Shown: positions 41,394 to 49,523 of the stretch, piece by piece
Numbering within the stretch: the stretch's first letter is position 1
Layout of the letters: every line of letters starts with the position of its first letter
Origin: an uncultured Bacteroidales bacterium
Lineage (GTDB): Bacteria; Bacillota_I; Bacilli_A; RFN20; CAG-826
Direction of reading: 5' to 3'
DNA: 64,000 bases
Assembly (NCBI GenBank): GCA_963650805.1
Contig: CAVJMG010000006.1
Location: 21,439-85,438 of the forward strand
The notes under the pieces: model-generated
Databases searched by the model: none
The model's input: the letters and a program-made list of their open reading frames with translations, nothing else
What the model was told of the DNA's origin: nothing
Position numbers and translations under genes: made by a program

Positions 41394-43862
41394 ATGAAAA
41401 AATCGTTTATCCCATTAACCGCTTTGGCGTTGTTGGCCCTCGTTTCTTGCGGCGGCAACAGCAACCAGACAAGCTCCACCGTTTCGGAGAGTGAGGTCTC
41501 TTCGCAGCAGGAAGTTGTCAATTCCGTCACCATCACCAACAAAGAGGAAATCTCCGCGGACTGGGCTCTTGGTTCTAGCGATCGCACTTTGAACATTTCC
41601 ACCGATCCCGCCGGCAACGTCAACGCGCTCATCAACGCCGGCAAGATCACCATCACTTCTTCTGATCCCACCATCGTGGCCGTCGTTGGCCGCGTTCTCC
41701 AGGCTAAAGCCGCCGGCACGGCGACTGTCACCGTCGCTTATGGAGGCAAGACCGATTCCGTTTCCGTCACCGTCATCGGCGAAAAGACCGCCATCGACCT
41801 TTATGGAACTGTCCACGCCGGCACCCTTGCCGATCCTTTAGACAACGCCGATGCCCTCAAAGTCGCCGAAAAAACCGGTGAGACTGAGACTGAGAAATAT
41901 TTCTATGTCTCCGGCACCGTCGATAGCTTCAGGGAGGTCCCTTCAACCCAAGGCAACGTTTCCTATTATTTGACCAAAGGCGCAAGCGATGCCAAGTCCT
42001 TCCTGGTTTATCGCGCGACTTTGGATAAGGATATCTATGGCACTACGAAAGTCACCGAAAACGATATTTGGGTCGGCGCTGAAGTTGTTGCCAAGGTTAA
42101 AATCGTTAATTACAAGAGCAATACCCCTGAGACCAGCAGCGGCGGAACCATCGTTTCCGTTAAAGGCACTAAGCCTGAAATCAAAACCATTGATGCGACC
42201 GTCGAGCAGGCTTTGATTGCGGCTAAGGCCCTCGGTGACAACAAAACCAGCACCGACAAATACGCCATCACCGGCTATATCGTCGCCGTTGAGGCTTCTG
42301 GTTTCTATTTAAGCGACACCAAAGGCGCCATCAGCGCCACCCGCGAGAACTTCTACGTTTATAACTATTCTGGCGATAATGCCGCTAAGTGCACCTTGAA
42401 CGCGAAAATCAAAGTCACCGCTTACCTCCAGCATTACGTCTCTTCCACCGATTCCGCCAAATACAATTACCAAACCACGAGCATTTCCGCCCTTGAAATC
42501 CTCGAGGAAGGGGACGCTCCAGTCGCTGCTGAGGAAATCGATGTCGCTAAGGCTCTCGAAATTGGCAAAGCTCTTGCCGACAATGCGGATAGCACCGCGA
42601 AATACGCCATCACCGGTTATGTTGTTAAGGTCACATATTCTTATAGCGACACCAGCAAGAATATGAGCTTCACTTTGGGCGCTTCCGCGGATGCCACTGA
42701 AACCGTCACGGTGTTTAAGACTTCCCTTGCCGATGGGACCGCATCCACTTCTATTGTTGACGGGGCGAAAGTCAAGGTCACTGGCTATATCGAAAAATAC
42801 GTAAAAGGTGATACCGCAACTATCGAAGTTGTCAGCGGAAGCACGGAAATTCTTGAAGAGAAAAAGGAAGAAACCAAGACCGTCACCGTTGCCGAGGCCG
42901 TTACCGCCGCAAAGGCTTTGGCATCTGGCGTCACTTCCTCCGACAATTACGTTATAACGGGCTATGTCACTAAAATTTCTGGCAAATATGACTCTCAATA
43001 TGGGAATATGAGCGTCTATCTTTCTGACGAAATCGATGACCCCGAAGCCGTCTTTATTGCTTTTCAGGTAAAATGCGACGAGACGGTTGCCGCTAAAATC
43101 TTGGTTGGTGCAAAAGTCAAAGTCACCGGGAAAATCATGAACTACAATGGCACTCCCGAAACCGTTAGCAAAGGCGCTGCGACAATCGAGCTTGTAACTG
43201 AAGCTTCCGGGACCGCCGTTAAAGCCTCCATCGCATCCGAAACTTTGAAAGTTGGTGAAACCTCTCAGATTACTGCCACCGCCGGAGAAGGTGATACTTT
43301 CACTTATTCTAGCAACGATACTAGCGTCGCTACCGTTAACGAGACTGGCTTAGTCACTGGCGTGGCCGTGGGCAAAACCAAAATTGTTATTACCTCTAAT
43401 GCCGGTAGAAAAGCTGCCGTTGAGGTTTCCGTCCTTGCTGATAACGCCGCTGAGGTAAATGGTTTCTCCGCGATTTCCGGCTCTATTGGCGATACCGGAT
43501 ACACCTACGTTTCCGATGTAGGCGCCGCCCAAACTAAACCGGCCGTTAACTCTGAGGCGATTCGTTTATACCAGGGCGGAGCCACCTTTACGCTTTCTGG
43601 CGATGAAACCGCTAAAGCTCTTGTTTCTTTGAAACTCACGTCCGATGGCGCTTCTGCTGGCGAAGGTCCGTTCAAATATGTGTACGGAGCTTCGGCTGAT
43701 TCTGTTGGCAACGAGACCACTGTTACCTCTTGGGGCGCCGACCATTCCGTGACGCTCAATTTTGAGGGGACGGGCATTAAATATTTCAAATTAACGACGA
43801 CCGGCACTTCGAAAACAACCAGAGTTTATCTAAAAGGGCTCACACTTACTTTCGCTGAGTAA
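41394..43862 (+). CDS. Surface lipoprotein with a Big_2 domain, four tandem OB-like repeats, a second Big_2 domain and an unknown C-terminal domain
   Basis: MKKSFIPLTALALLALVSC has a lipobox. Big_2-like segments are ITSSDPTIVAV..G.V.A.AAGTATVTV and YSSNDTSVATVNETGLVTGVAVGKTKIVITS. Between them lie four repeats of about 105 aa of the form A(L/V)..A.....(K/N)Y.ITGY(V/I)......(V/I)K(V/I)....... Confidence 0.8.
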   Translation: MKKSFIPLTALALLALVSCGGNSNQTSSTVSESEVSSQQEVVNSVTITNKEEISADWALGSSDRTLNISTDPAGNVNALINAGKITITSSDPTIVAVVGRVLQAKAAGTATVTVAYGGKTDSVSVTVIGEKTAIDLYGTVHAGTLADPLDNADALKVAEKTGETETEKYFYVSGTVDSFREVPSTQGNVSYYLTKGASDAKSFLVYRATLDKDIYGTTKVTENDIWVGAEVVAKVKIVNYKSNTPETSSGGTIVSVKGTKPEIKTIDATVEQALIAAKALGDNKTSTDKYAITGYIVAVEASGFYLSDTKGAISATRENFYVYNYSGDNAAKCTLNAKIKVTAYLQHYVSSTDSAKYNYQTTSISALEILEEGDAPVAAEEIDVAKALEIGKALADNADSTAKYAITGYVVKVTYSYSDTSKNMSFTLGASADATETVTVFKTSLADGTASTSIVDGAKVKVTGYIEKYVKGDTATIEVVSGSTEILEEKKEETKTVTVAEAVTAAKALASGVTSSDNYVITGYVTKISGKYDSQYGNMSVYLSDEIDDPEAVFIAFQVKCDETVAAKILVGAKVKVTGKIMNYNGTPETVSKGAATIELVTEASGTAVKASIASETLKVGETSQITATAGEGDTFTYSSNDTSVATVNETGLVTGVAVGKTKIVITSNAGRKAAVEVSVLADNAAEVNGFSAISGSIGDTGYTYVSDVGAAQTKPAVNSEAIRLYQGGATFTLSGDETAKALVSLKLTSDGASAGEGPFKYVYGASADSVGNETTVTSWGADHSVTLNFEGTGIKYFKLTTTGTSKTTRVYLKGLTLTFAE
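41814..43196 (+). repeat. Four tandem protein-coding repeats (about 105 aa each) inside the lipoprotein gene
   Basis: Repeat starts lie near aa 141, 265, 381 and 497. Each has an alpha-helical AKAL-type lead, a K/N-Y-x-I-T-G-Y-V strand and a V-K-V-T-G/A...Y strand. The DNA copies are diverged. Confidence 0.7.
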
Positions 43863-43880
43863 AGTTAAATCTCTTCTCTT

Positions 43881-43911
43881 AAGGCCCCGGAATACCGGGG
43901 CCTTCTTTTTA
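43881..43911 (+). terminator. Strong intrinsic terminator ending the nine-gene operon
   Basis: AAGGCCCCGG-AATA-CCGGGGCCTT followed by CTTTTT. Confidence 0.9.
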
Positions 43912-43943
43912 TACTTCTCTCAATACGTTAAAATCTTCCCGTT

Positions 43944-45044
43944 ATGGAAGAGACTTCGAAAAAAGAGGAAATCCAAATTTACCCCTTATCCAAAGGGAAG
44001 CGTTTCGTGGCTTTTCTCGCGGACTTCTTTTTGACGTTCATTATTTCGTTCGCCTTTTTTCATTTGGCCATCTATCCCCTTCTTTCTTATTCTTTGAACC
44101 TCTACGGCGAACAAGAAACATGCTTACAAGCTCAAAAGGATAGAGACGGGGTTTTATATGGGAATTCCCTTTTAGTTTACGAAGAAGGGAAAAGCGACAA
44201 AGAACCTTCTTCTTTTACCACCAATCTTGAATATACCTGCAAATCCTATGTTTCTTCTTTGATTAATGGTGATTCTACTTATGATGTTTTTCATCATTAC
44301 TTCGTTGATATCAGGAAGCAAGAAAGCCAATACGTGGAATGGCTGAAGGTTAAAGATACAGCGACGCAGTTCTTTTCCTATTCCCCTTCGGTGTCTTTGC
44401 TTTCCAAATACGTTGATGAATTCTCCCCTCTATTTGAAGAGGGCAATGCTCCTTCGAAGCAAGGCGAAGAAGACTATTCCCGTTTCCAAAAAGAATTCTT
44501 CCTGCCTGCTTATTCCTCTTTGCTTCAAGACGTGATCAAAAACGATTTGAGTTATCAGGGAGCTTCCTATAATCAGAAGCAAGCTGTGGTGACTGCTTTT
44601 TCTAACAAAGCCAATGCGATAATCGTTTCCTCCGCGGCGGTTGCGTATGTGGTGGGTGTCTCCGTCGTTTATCTCTTCACTCCTTTGCTTTCGAAAACCA
44701 GGAAGACCTTGGGGATGATATTCCTACGAAGAGAAAGGGTGCACGCGGCAAAATTGATGCCCCTAAGGAAGAGAGATCTGATTTTGCCTTACCTATACGC
44801 TTATTTTGCTAACGCAGGTCTATTATTTCTTCTCCCGTGGCCAATCGTCTCTTTTAATGAGCTGTTCTCCCTTCCGGGCCTATGGATTCTGTCTTTAATC
44901 TCGATCCTATTCGACTTAGCATCTCTTTTCTTTCTCCTCTTTGATAAATTGGACAGGACGCTTTCAGACAAAATGACGATCTCTGTTATGCTGGAAGAAG
45001 AGGAGATGGATGCGATATATAGGGCGAAAGGGTATGGAAAATAA
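43944..45044 (+). CDS. RDD-family membrane protein
   Basis: The N-terminal KRFVAFLADFFLTFIISFAFF is RDD-like (R..A.l.D). A large extracytoplasmic segment follows, then C-terminal helices. Confidence 0.6.
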   Translation: MEETSKKEEIQIYPLSKGKRFVAFLADFFLTFIISFAFFHLAIYPLLSYSLNLYGEQETCLQAQKDRDGVLYGNSLLVYEEGKSDKEPSSFTTNLEYTCKSYVSSLINGDSTYDVFHHYFVDIRKQESQYVEWLKVKDTATQFFSYSPSVSLLSKYVDEFSPLFEEGNAPSKQGEEDYSRFQKEFFLPAYSSLLQDVIKNDLSYQGASYNQKQAVVTAFSNKANAIIVSSAAVAYVVGVSVVYLFTPLLSKTRKTLGMIFLRRERVHAAKLMPLRKRDLILPYLYAYFANAGLLFLLPWPIVSFNELFSLPGLWILSLISILFDLASLFFLLFDKLDRTLSDKMTISVMLEEEEMDAIYRAKGYGK

Positions 45045-45046
45045 AC

Positions 45047-46051
45047 ATGGCTTATTCATCTCATTACGACATTCATTATTCTTACCCCAAATTTCATAGA
45101 AGGGTATTCGCTAACCTCATTGACTTCCTTCTTTTTGCTTTCCTCTTTTTCGCTTTGTTTTTAGGTTGCAGGGCCGCCGTGACGAATATGCCGGGATATG
45201 TGGAGCAAGATAATGCCTTATTGGCCATTCGGAAGGATTCGGGGCTATATCGAGTAGATGGTAAGAAATCGACGGACATCGTCTCATACTTAGGGGATGA
45301 TTCCAACAATTACACCGCTTACCAAAAAATGACGCTCTCTTCTCAGGCCATTGATCATTTCATCGCATACGTGGGCGAAAAAACGTCCTTAGAAGAGGCA
45401 AATAAAATCCAAGCGGATTATGACTCCTATCGGCTGAACGCGGATTTAAAATACGAGGGAGTCGCCTATTTCGTTAAAGACGAATCCGGGTCCATCATTA
45501 GAAACAAGGAATGTTCCGCGGACAACGTGACTTATTTCTCGAATGCTTATAGTCCCTATATTGATAAGCAATGCCAAGGCTATTTAGTTACGTTGATTCC
45601 GGAATACCTCGAAATCCTTAAATTTGAGGCGTACATGTTGTTCTTTTTGGAGATACCCATCGCGTTTTTGCTTTCTGGTGTCTTCGTCTACTTATTGCCT
45701 CCGGTTTTCTTTAAGAGAGGCAGAATGACTTTAGGCAAAGCCATGTATCAGATTGGCTTAGTGGATTCTCACCTTTTGTCATGCACGTTTCCCCGTTATT
45801 TAGCTCGCTGGGCCATTTTCTTCTTTGGCGAACTTTGCCTATCGTTATTCACTTTCGGCATACCCTGCATCATCTCTTTCTCCTTGATGGCTTTCTCCAA
45901 AGGGAAGCAAGGATTCCCTGATTATCTATTGGGCTTATTTGAAGTCGATGTCAGCCATGACAAAATCTATTCTAATTACGAAGAGATTTCTCTCGGCGGC
46001 GTGGAAGGCGAGAAAAAGCCTTTGGACTTCAAAGTCACTTACGATGATTGA
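45047..46051 (+). CDS. RDD-family membrane protein, same architecture as the upstream gene
   Basis: HRRVFANLIDFLLFAFLFFALF has an RDD-like motif. It starts 2 nt after the upstream stop. Confidence 0.6.
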   Translation: MAYSSHYDIHYSYPKFHRRVFANLIDFLLFAFLFFALFLGCRAAVTNMPGYVEQDNALLAIRKDSGLYRVDGKKSTDIVSYLGDDSNNYTAYQKMTLSSQAIDHFIAYVGEKTSLEEANKIQADYDSYRLNADLKYEGVAYFVKDESGSIIRNKECSADNVTYFSNAYSPYIDKQCQGYLVTLIPEYLEILKFEAYMLFFLEIPIAFLLSGVFVYLLPPVFFKRGRMTLGKAMYQIGLVDSHLLSCTFPRYLARWAIFFFGELCLSLFTFGIPCIISFSLMAFSKGKQGFPDYLLGLFEVDVSHDKIYSNYEEISLGGVEGEKKPLDFKVTYDD

Positions 46052-46159
46052 GGGGTCAGTGAAGGATGATTCTTCTGACTTTCAATGGGCTTTAACCACG
46101 AATTGTTCAATGCTTTTGGCGGTTGGGCCTCCGACTCACGCCGAATTTTTAAAATCTTG

Positions 46160-46188
46160 TTGCCCCGTTTCGAAATGGGTAATAGAAT
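46160..46188 (+). promoter_or_regulatory. Putative tRNA-Lys promoter
   Basis: TTGCCC (46160-46165), a 17-nt spacer, then TAGAAT (46183-46188). It lies about 22 nt upstream of the tRNA 5' end. Confidence 0.5.
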
Positions 46189-46210
46189 ACTCAAGCGCGC
46201 AAGCGCATTT

Positions 46211-46286
<76 letters not shown>

Positions 46287-46388
46287 AATGGCAAGGAGAC
46301 GAACTCCAGCTATATAATGGCTATCTGTTATATTTCTGGACACTTCGTTGTAAGGACAAAGTTAGATTTGCCCGTAGATAGAAAGAAG

Positions 46389-46417
46389 AAATAGCAGCGT
46401 TGATGCTGCTATTTTTT
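46389..46417 (+). terminator. Intrinsic terminator about 100 nt downstream of the tRNA
   Basis: AAATAGCAGC-GTTGAT-GCTGCTATTT followed by TTT. Confidence 0.8.
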
Positions 46418-46504
46418 GTCTAAATTTATTTCGCCATTTATTTCGCCAGTGTGGTGATTCATTTCGTCAAAATGATACGCTTAAGATAAGTTGGAGGCTA
46501 TTTT

Positions 46505-46654
46505 ATGCTTGAGGATGAAACAGAAGAATTTAAGAAAACCACAGGAGAATTAAGCGAAGGCATTGCTTCTATTGTAAATATATTGAGCAAGCATCGACAT
46601 GGAGAGCTACTTTTGGGGAGGGGGATGCGATCAAAAAGCAAGAATATTGATTAG
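46505..46654 (+). pseudogene. 49-codon remnant resembling the N-terminus of an AlbA_2 / Schlafen-like (divergent AAA) DNA-binding protein
   Basis: MLEDETEEFKKTTGELSEGIASIVNILSKHRHGELLLGRG matches the E-x-E-x-x-EFK ... G-G-x-L-x-x-G opening of AlbA_2-domain proteins, then terminates. GGAGG RBS lies upstream. It falls below the ORF track length cutoff. Confidence 0.4.
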
Positions 46655-46712
46655 CCATACTCAGAACTGTGTTTTCTATACCCCTATTAATATGGGCCAT
46701 CTTTGACCTTCG

Positions 46713-46750
46713 TGACCAAAAACGGATAGCGTCCAACTTTGGTCATTTTT
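46713..46750 (+). terminator. Terminator-like hairpin after the remnant ORF
   Basis: TGACCAAA (46713-46720) pairs with TTTGGTCA (46738-46745) and is followed by TTTTT. Confidence 0.5.
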
Positions 46751-47026
46751 AGCTTAGAGTCAATTCCGCTTGTGTTTTGTTGCGTTTTAAATAATGGCTT
46801 CGCGGTTTTTAGAATCGCTTTTTAATGTTTTGCAAGCAATTAACCAAAGATAAATTGTCTAATAAGGCTTCCGCAATGCAAAATTGCGCCTCTTTTAATT
46901 TTTACGACAATATCTAAATTTATTGACCATTTGATTAAATTAAAATTGACGTTTTGAGCATACTGTTTGAAATTGCAACCTTTTCATGTATTATGGCTTT
47001 CAGTTTGCAAAAAAGGAGATACATTT

Positions 47027-49315
47027 ATGCAAAAGAAACAACTGTTCCTTGGGATTTCGATGCTTGCTTTGCTAGCTTCCTGCGGCGGCACTAACCCCGG
47101 AACCTCTTCCTCGGCGTCCTCAAATAGCTCTACGCCAAGCTCTTCCGTGAGTTCCTCTTCGAGTGAGCAACCTAGCTCTAGCGAAGAATCCTCCTCTTCC
47201 CAATCTCAATTTGAGATCATAAAAGAGGCGGTTTATGCGTCCTTAGAAAAGATGAAAGAAGGGAACTTCACCTTGTCTTATTCAATCGGAGGCAAGGACT
47301 TAAAGGATGTTGTTACCCCAAATTATGTATACACGGGTTATCTAAATTCGGGATCTGTTTTACTCAAAACCTATTCTGAAACCGCTTATGCTTATGACTT
47401 TACATTAAATGAAGGGGCTATCGAGGTCCGCGGGCAAAGCTTCAATGAGGAATACACCACCCAAGAAGTGACGACCCTCGCCCATAAGAACAAATTTGCC
47501 TCTTACGAAAAGAAAGATTTCGATTTCTACAAGGAAGATGCTTATTTGGCTACAAAAGACAGCACTTTAATCGATCTATTCTCCGCTCAACTTGATTTCA
47601 GGGGCGTAAAGAGAATCCTGTTCTCTTTAAAGGGCGATTCGGTTATGGCCACGTTCCAAGGGACCGATAACCTTGGCGTCGGCGTCTATAACACCCTGTC
47701 TGGTGGAGAGGTCGTCATCGAAGGGCTTGGGGCTTCGTCTTTGCCTGAAGTTGATGCATATCTTAAGAATTTTGCTGTTTCTTCCGATTCCTTAAGTGGA
47801 AAGGCCGACAATCTCTTCGGGAATGCCTCTTTCGTTTCGGCAATTTACGACAACCTATTCCTTGATGAATACAACTCCATCCAACGCCAGGGCTATTCCA
47901 ATCTCGACGTTTACGGAGATTACGTCCGCGTCACCGACGTCAGCGAAGAGGGCGCTTCAACCTCTCTTACCTATCATCGTCTCGATGAAGCCGGGAAACT
48001 CGAGCTCGTCGGCGTCAATGGCAAAAACGAAGAAGAAAGCACCCCGAGCAGTACCCTATGGAGCGATTTCGGATTCTTGGGCCTTGAGCAAGCTAAGCTC
48101 GATCAATTCCGCAAACTTCCGGGTGATGATGATTACTACGTCTATTTAGGGAGCGATGCGACGGGATTGGCCCTCTCTATTACCCAGCACCTCAATTTCG
48201 AGCAATGGAAAGTTCAAGAAATCAAAGCAAAAGTGGTGGACGGCAAAGTCAGTCAGCTCGTCTTCTCCACCGGGATGCTGCAAGATAGCTTCACCGGCAA
48301 CTTCTTCTATAGGTACGCCGACACCCGCGTTGAGGCTACGCCTAACGTCATTTCCGGCGCCAAAAAGAAAGAAGCTTCCAAAGATGACGCCCAAATCAAA
48401 GGGTATCTTTCTTACTTGAACCAAGATTCCTCCGTTTTCACTAGCGTGGAAAAAGATTCCGCTTGGGAAGGCTCCCGAGTCACCAAGACGGTTAAAGGAG
48501 AGGATTTCTATCTTAAGGGAACCTACCTTGTTTCTTCCGAAGACGGCTCGCTTGGGAAAATGGAGTCTTTGGGGACGGGCTATTATCAAAAGGATGGAAG
48601 TCTCTATCGCTTCTCCTTTGACGAGTTCAACAAAATCACTCTTGAGAAGCAACCCGTCAGCAAGTCACTCTCTGATATCGTTAATTTCTCCATCTCTAGC
48701 GAAGTTCTAACGAAATCCGAGAATATCCTTTCTTCCTATGGCGACATCATCAACATTGGTTCCTATATCGGCAACGTCTACAATCCTTTGACCGTGGATG
48801 CCTCCTCCTTAAAGATGAATCTTTCTGAAGGGAAGATTTCCTCCATGGAGTTTGCCTATCGAGGCGGGACTGAAACAATTGACTTCGACTATTCTGCGAC
48901 TGCCTTGCCGGTGGAGATGAAAACGAACCTTGATGAGGCCATCGCCGCCCTAAATCCGTCGGAAAGACCCACTTGGGCCGACGATAAGTCGGATACCGTC
49001 ATTGATGGGTTGAAAGAAGCCTTTGGCGAAGAAACTGCGAACAAGGTGCCCTTCCTCTTCGATCAGTCTGTCTATGATAGCGGGAATAGTTTTGACGGCT
49101 GGTATTGCGATTACGAAGAAGAGCCGTATTACTTCATTGTCACGATGAACGACGGAATAGATGTGGATTACGTTAAAAAATACAAGGCTTATTTGAAGAC
49201 TATTGGCTACACAAGCGAAGATGACGAGACTTTCGTCAATGAGACCGACAAACTCAAAATCGTTGTCTACGAAGTAAACGATTATAGCGAGTTCCTTCAC
49301 ATCTATAAGATTTGA
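47027..49315 (+). CDS. Large lipoprotein (762 aa), function unknown
   Basis: AAAGGAG RBS precedes ATG 47027. MQKKQLFLGISMLALLASC has a lipobox, followed by a long Ser-rich linker. I see no recognisable catalytic motif. Confidence 0.7.
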   Translation: MQKKQLFLGISMLALLASCGGTNPGTSSSASSNSSTPSSSVSSSSSEQPSSSEESSSSQSQFEIIKEAVYASLEKMKEGNFTLSYSIGGKDLKDVVTPNYVYTGYLNSGSVLLKTYSETAYAYDFTLNEGAIEVRGQSFNEEYTTQEVTTLAHKNKFASYEKKDFDFYKEDAYLATKDSTLIDLFSAQLDFRGVKRILFSLKGDSVMATFQGTDNLGVGVYNTLSGGEVVIEGLGASSLPEVDAYLKNFAVSSDSLSGKADNLFGNASFVSAIYDNLFLDEYNSIQRQGYSNLDVYGDYVRVTDVSEEGASTSLTYHRLDEAGKLELVGVNGKNEEESTPSSTLWSDFGFLGLEQAKLDQFRKLPGDDDYYVYLGSDATGLALSITQHLNFEQWKVQEIKAKVVDGKVSQLVFSTGMLQDSFTGNFFYRYADTRVEATPNVISGAKKKEASKDDAQIKGYLSYLNQDSSVFTSVEKDSAWEGSRVTKTVKGEDFYLKGTYLVSSEDGSLGKMESLGTGYYQKDGSLYRFSFDEFNKITLEKQPVSKSLSDIVNFSISSEVLTKSENILSSYGDIINIGSYIGNVYNPLTVDASSLKMNLSEGKISSMEFAYRGGTETIDFDYSATALPVEMKTNLDEAIAALNPSERPTWADDKSDTVIDGLKEAFGEETANKVPFLFDQSVYDSGNSFDGWYCDYEEEPYYFIVTMNDGIDVDYVKKYKAYLKTIGYTSEDDETFVNETDKLKIVVYEVNDYSEFLHIYKI

Positions 49316-49337
49316 CATTCTTTAAATAACAACAGCC

Positions 49338-49392
49338 GCATACCTTGCCTTCCGTTTTCCCCTAGAAACGCGGAAGCGGGGTATGCTTTTTC
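49338..49392 (+). terminator. Intrinsic terminator after the lipoprotein gene
   Basis: Two-part stem GCATACC..CTTCCG / CGGAAG..GGTATGC followed by TTTTT. Confidence 0.75.
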
Positions 49393-49410
49393 GTTATCAA
49401 TAAAACTTGA

Positions 49411-49479
49411 ATAGAAAAAAACCTCAACAAAATATGGAAAAAAACCTCAATGAATTATGGAAAAAAACCATAACGAATC
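49411..49479 (+). repeat. Three tandem 23-bp direct repeats immediately upstream of the -10 element of the ATPase gene
   Basis: The units are ATAGAAAAAAACCTCAACAAAAT, ATGGAAAAAAACCTCAATGAATT and ATGGAAAAAAACCATAACGAATC. TATAAT follows at 49490-49495. Confidence 0.85.
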
Positions 49480-49523
49480 CAAAAACATTTATAATTACAT
49501 CGGAATTATGGTGAGGTTATGGC

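Noticed and set aside
49411-49479. Possible CRISPR-like array
   Set aside because: There are only three directly abutting 23-bp units with no spacers, no cas genes in the window, and an A-rich sequence unlike CRISPR repeats.
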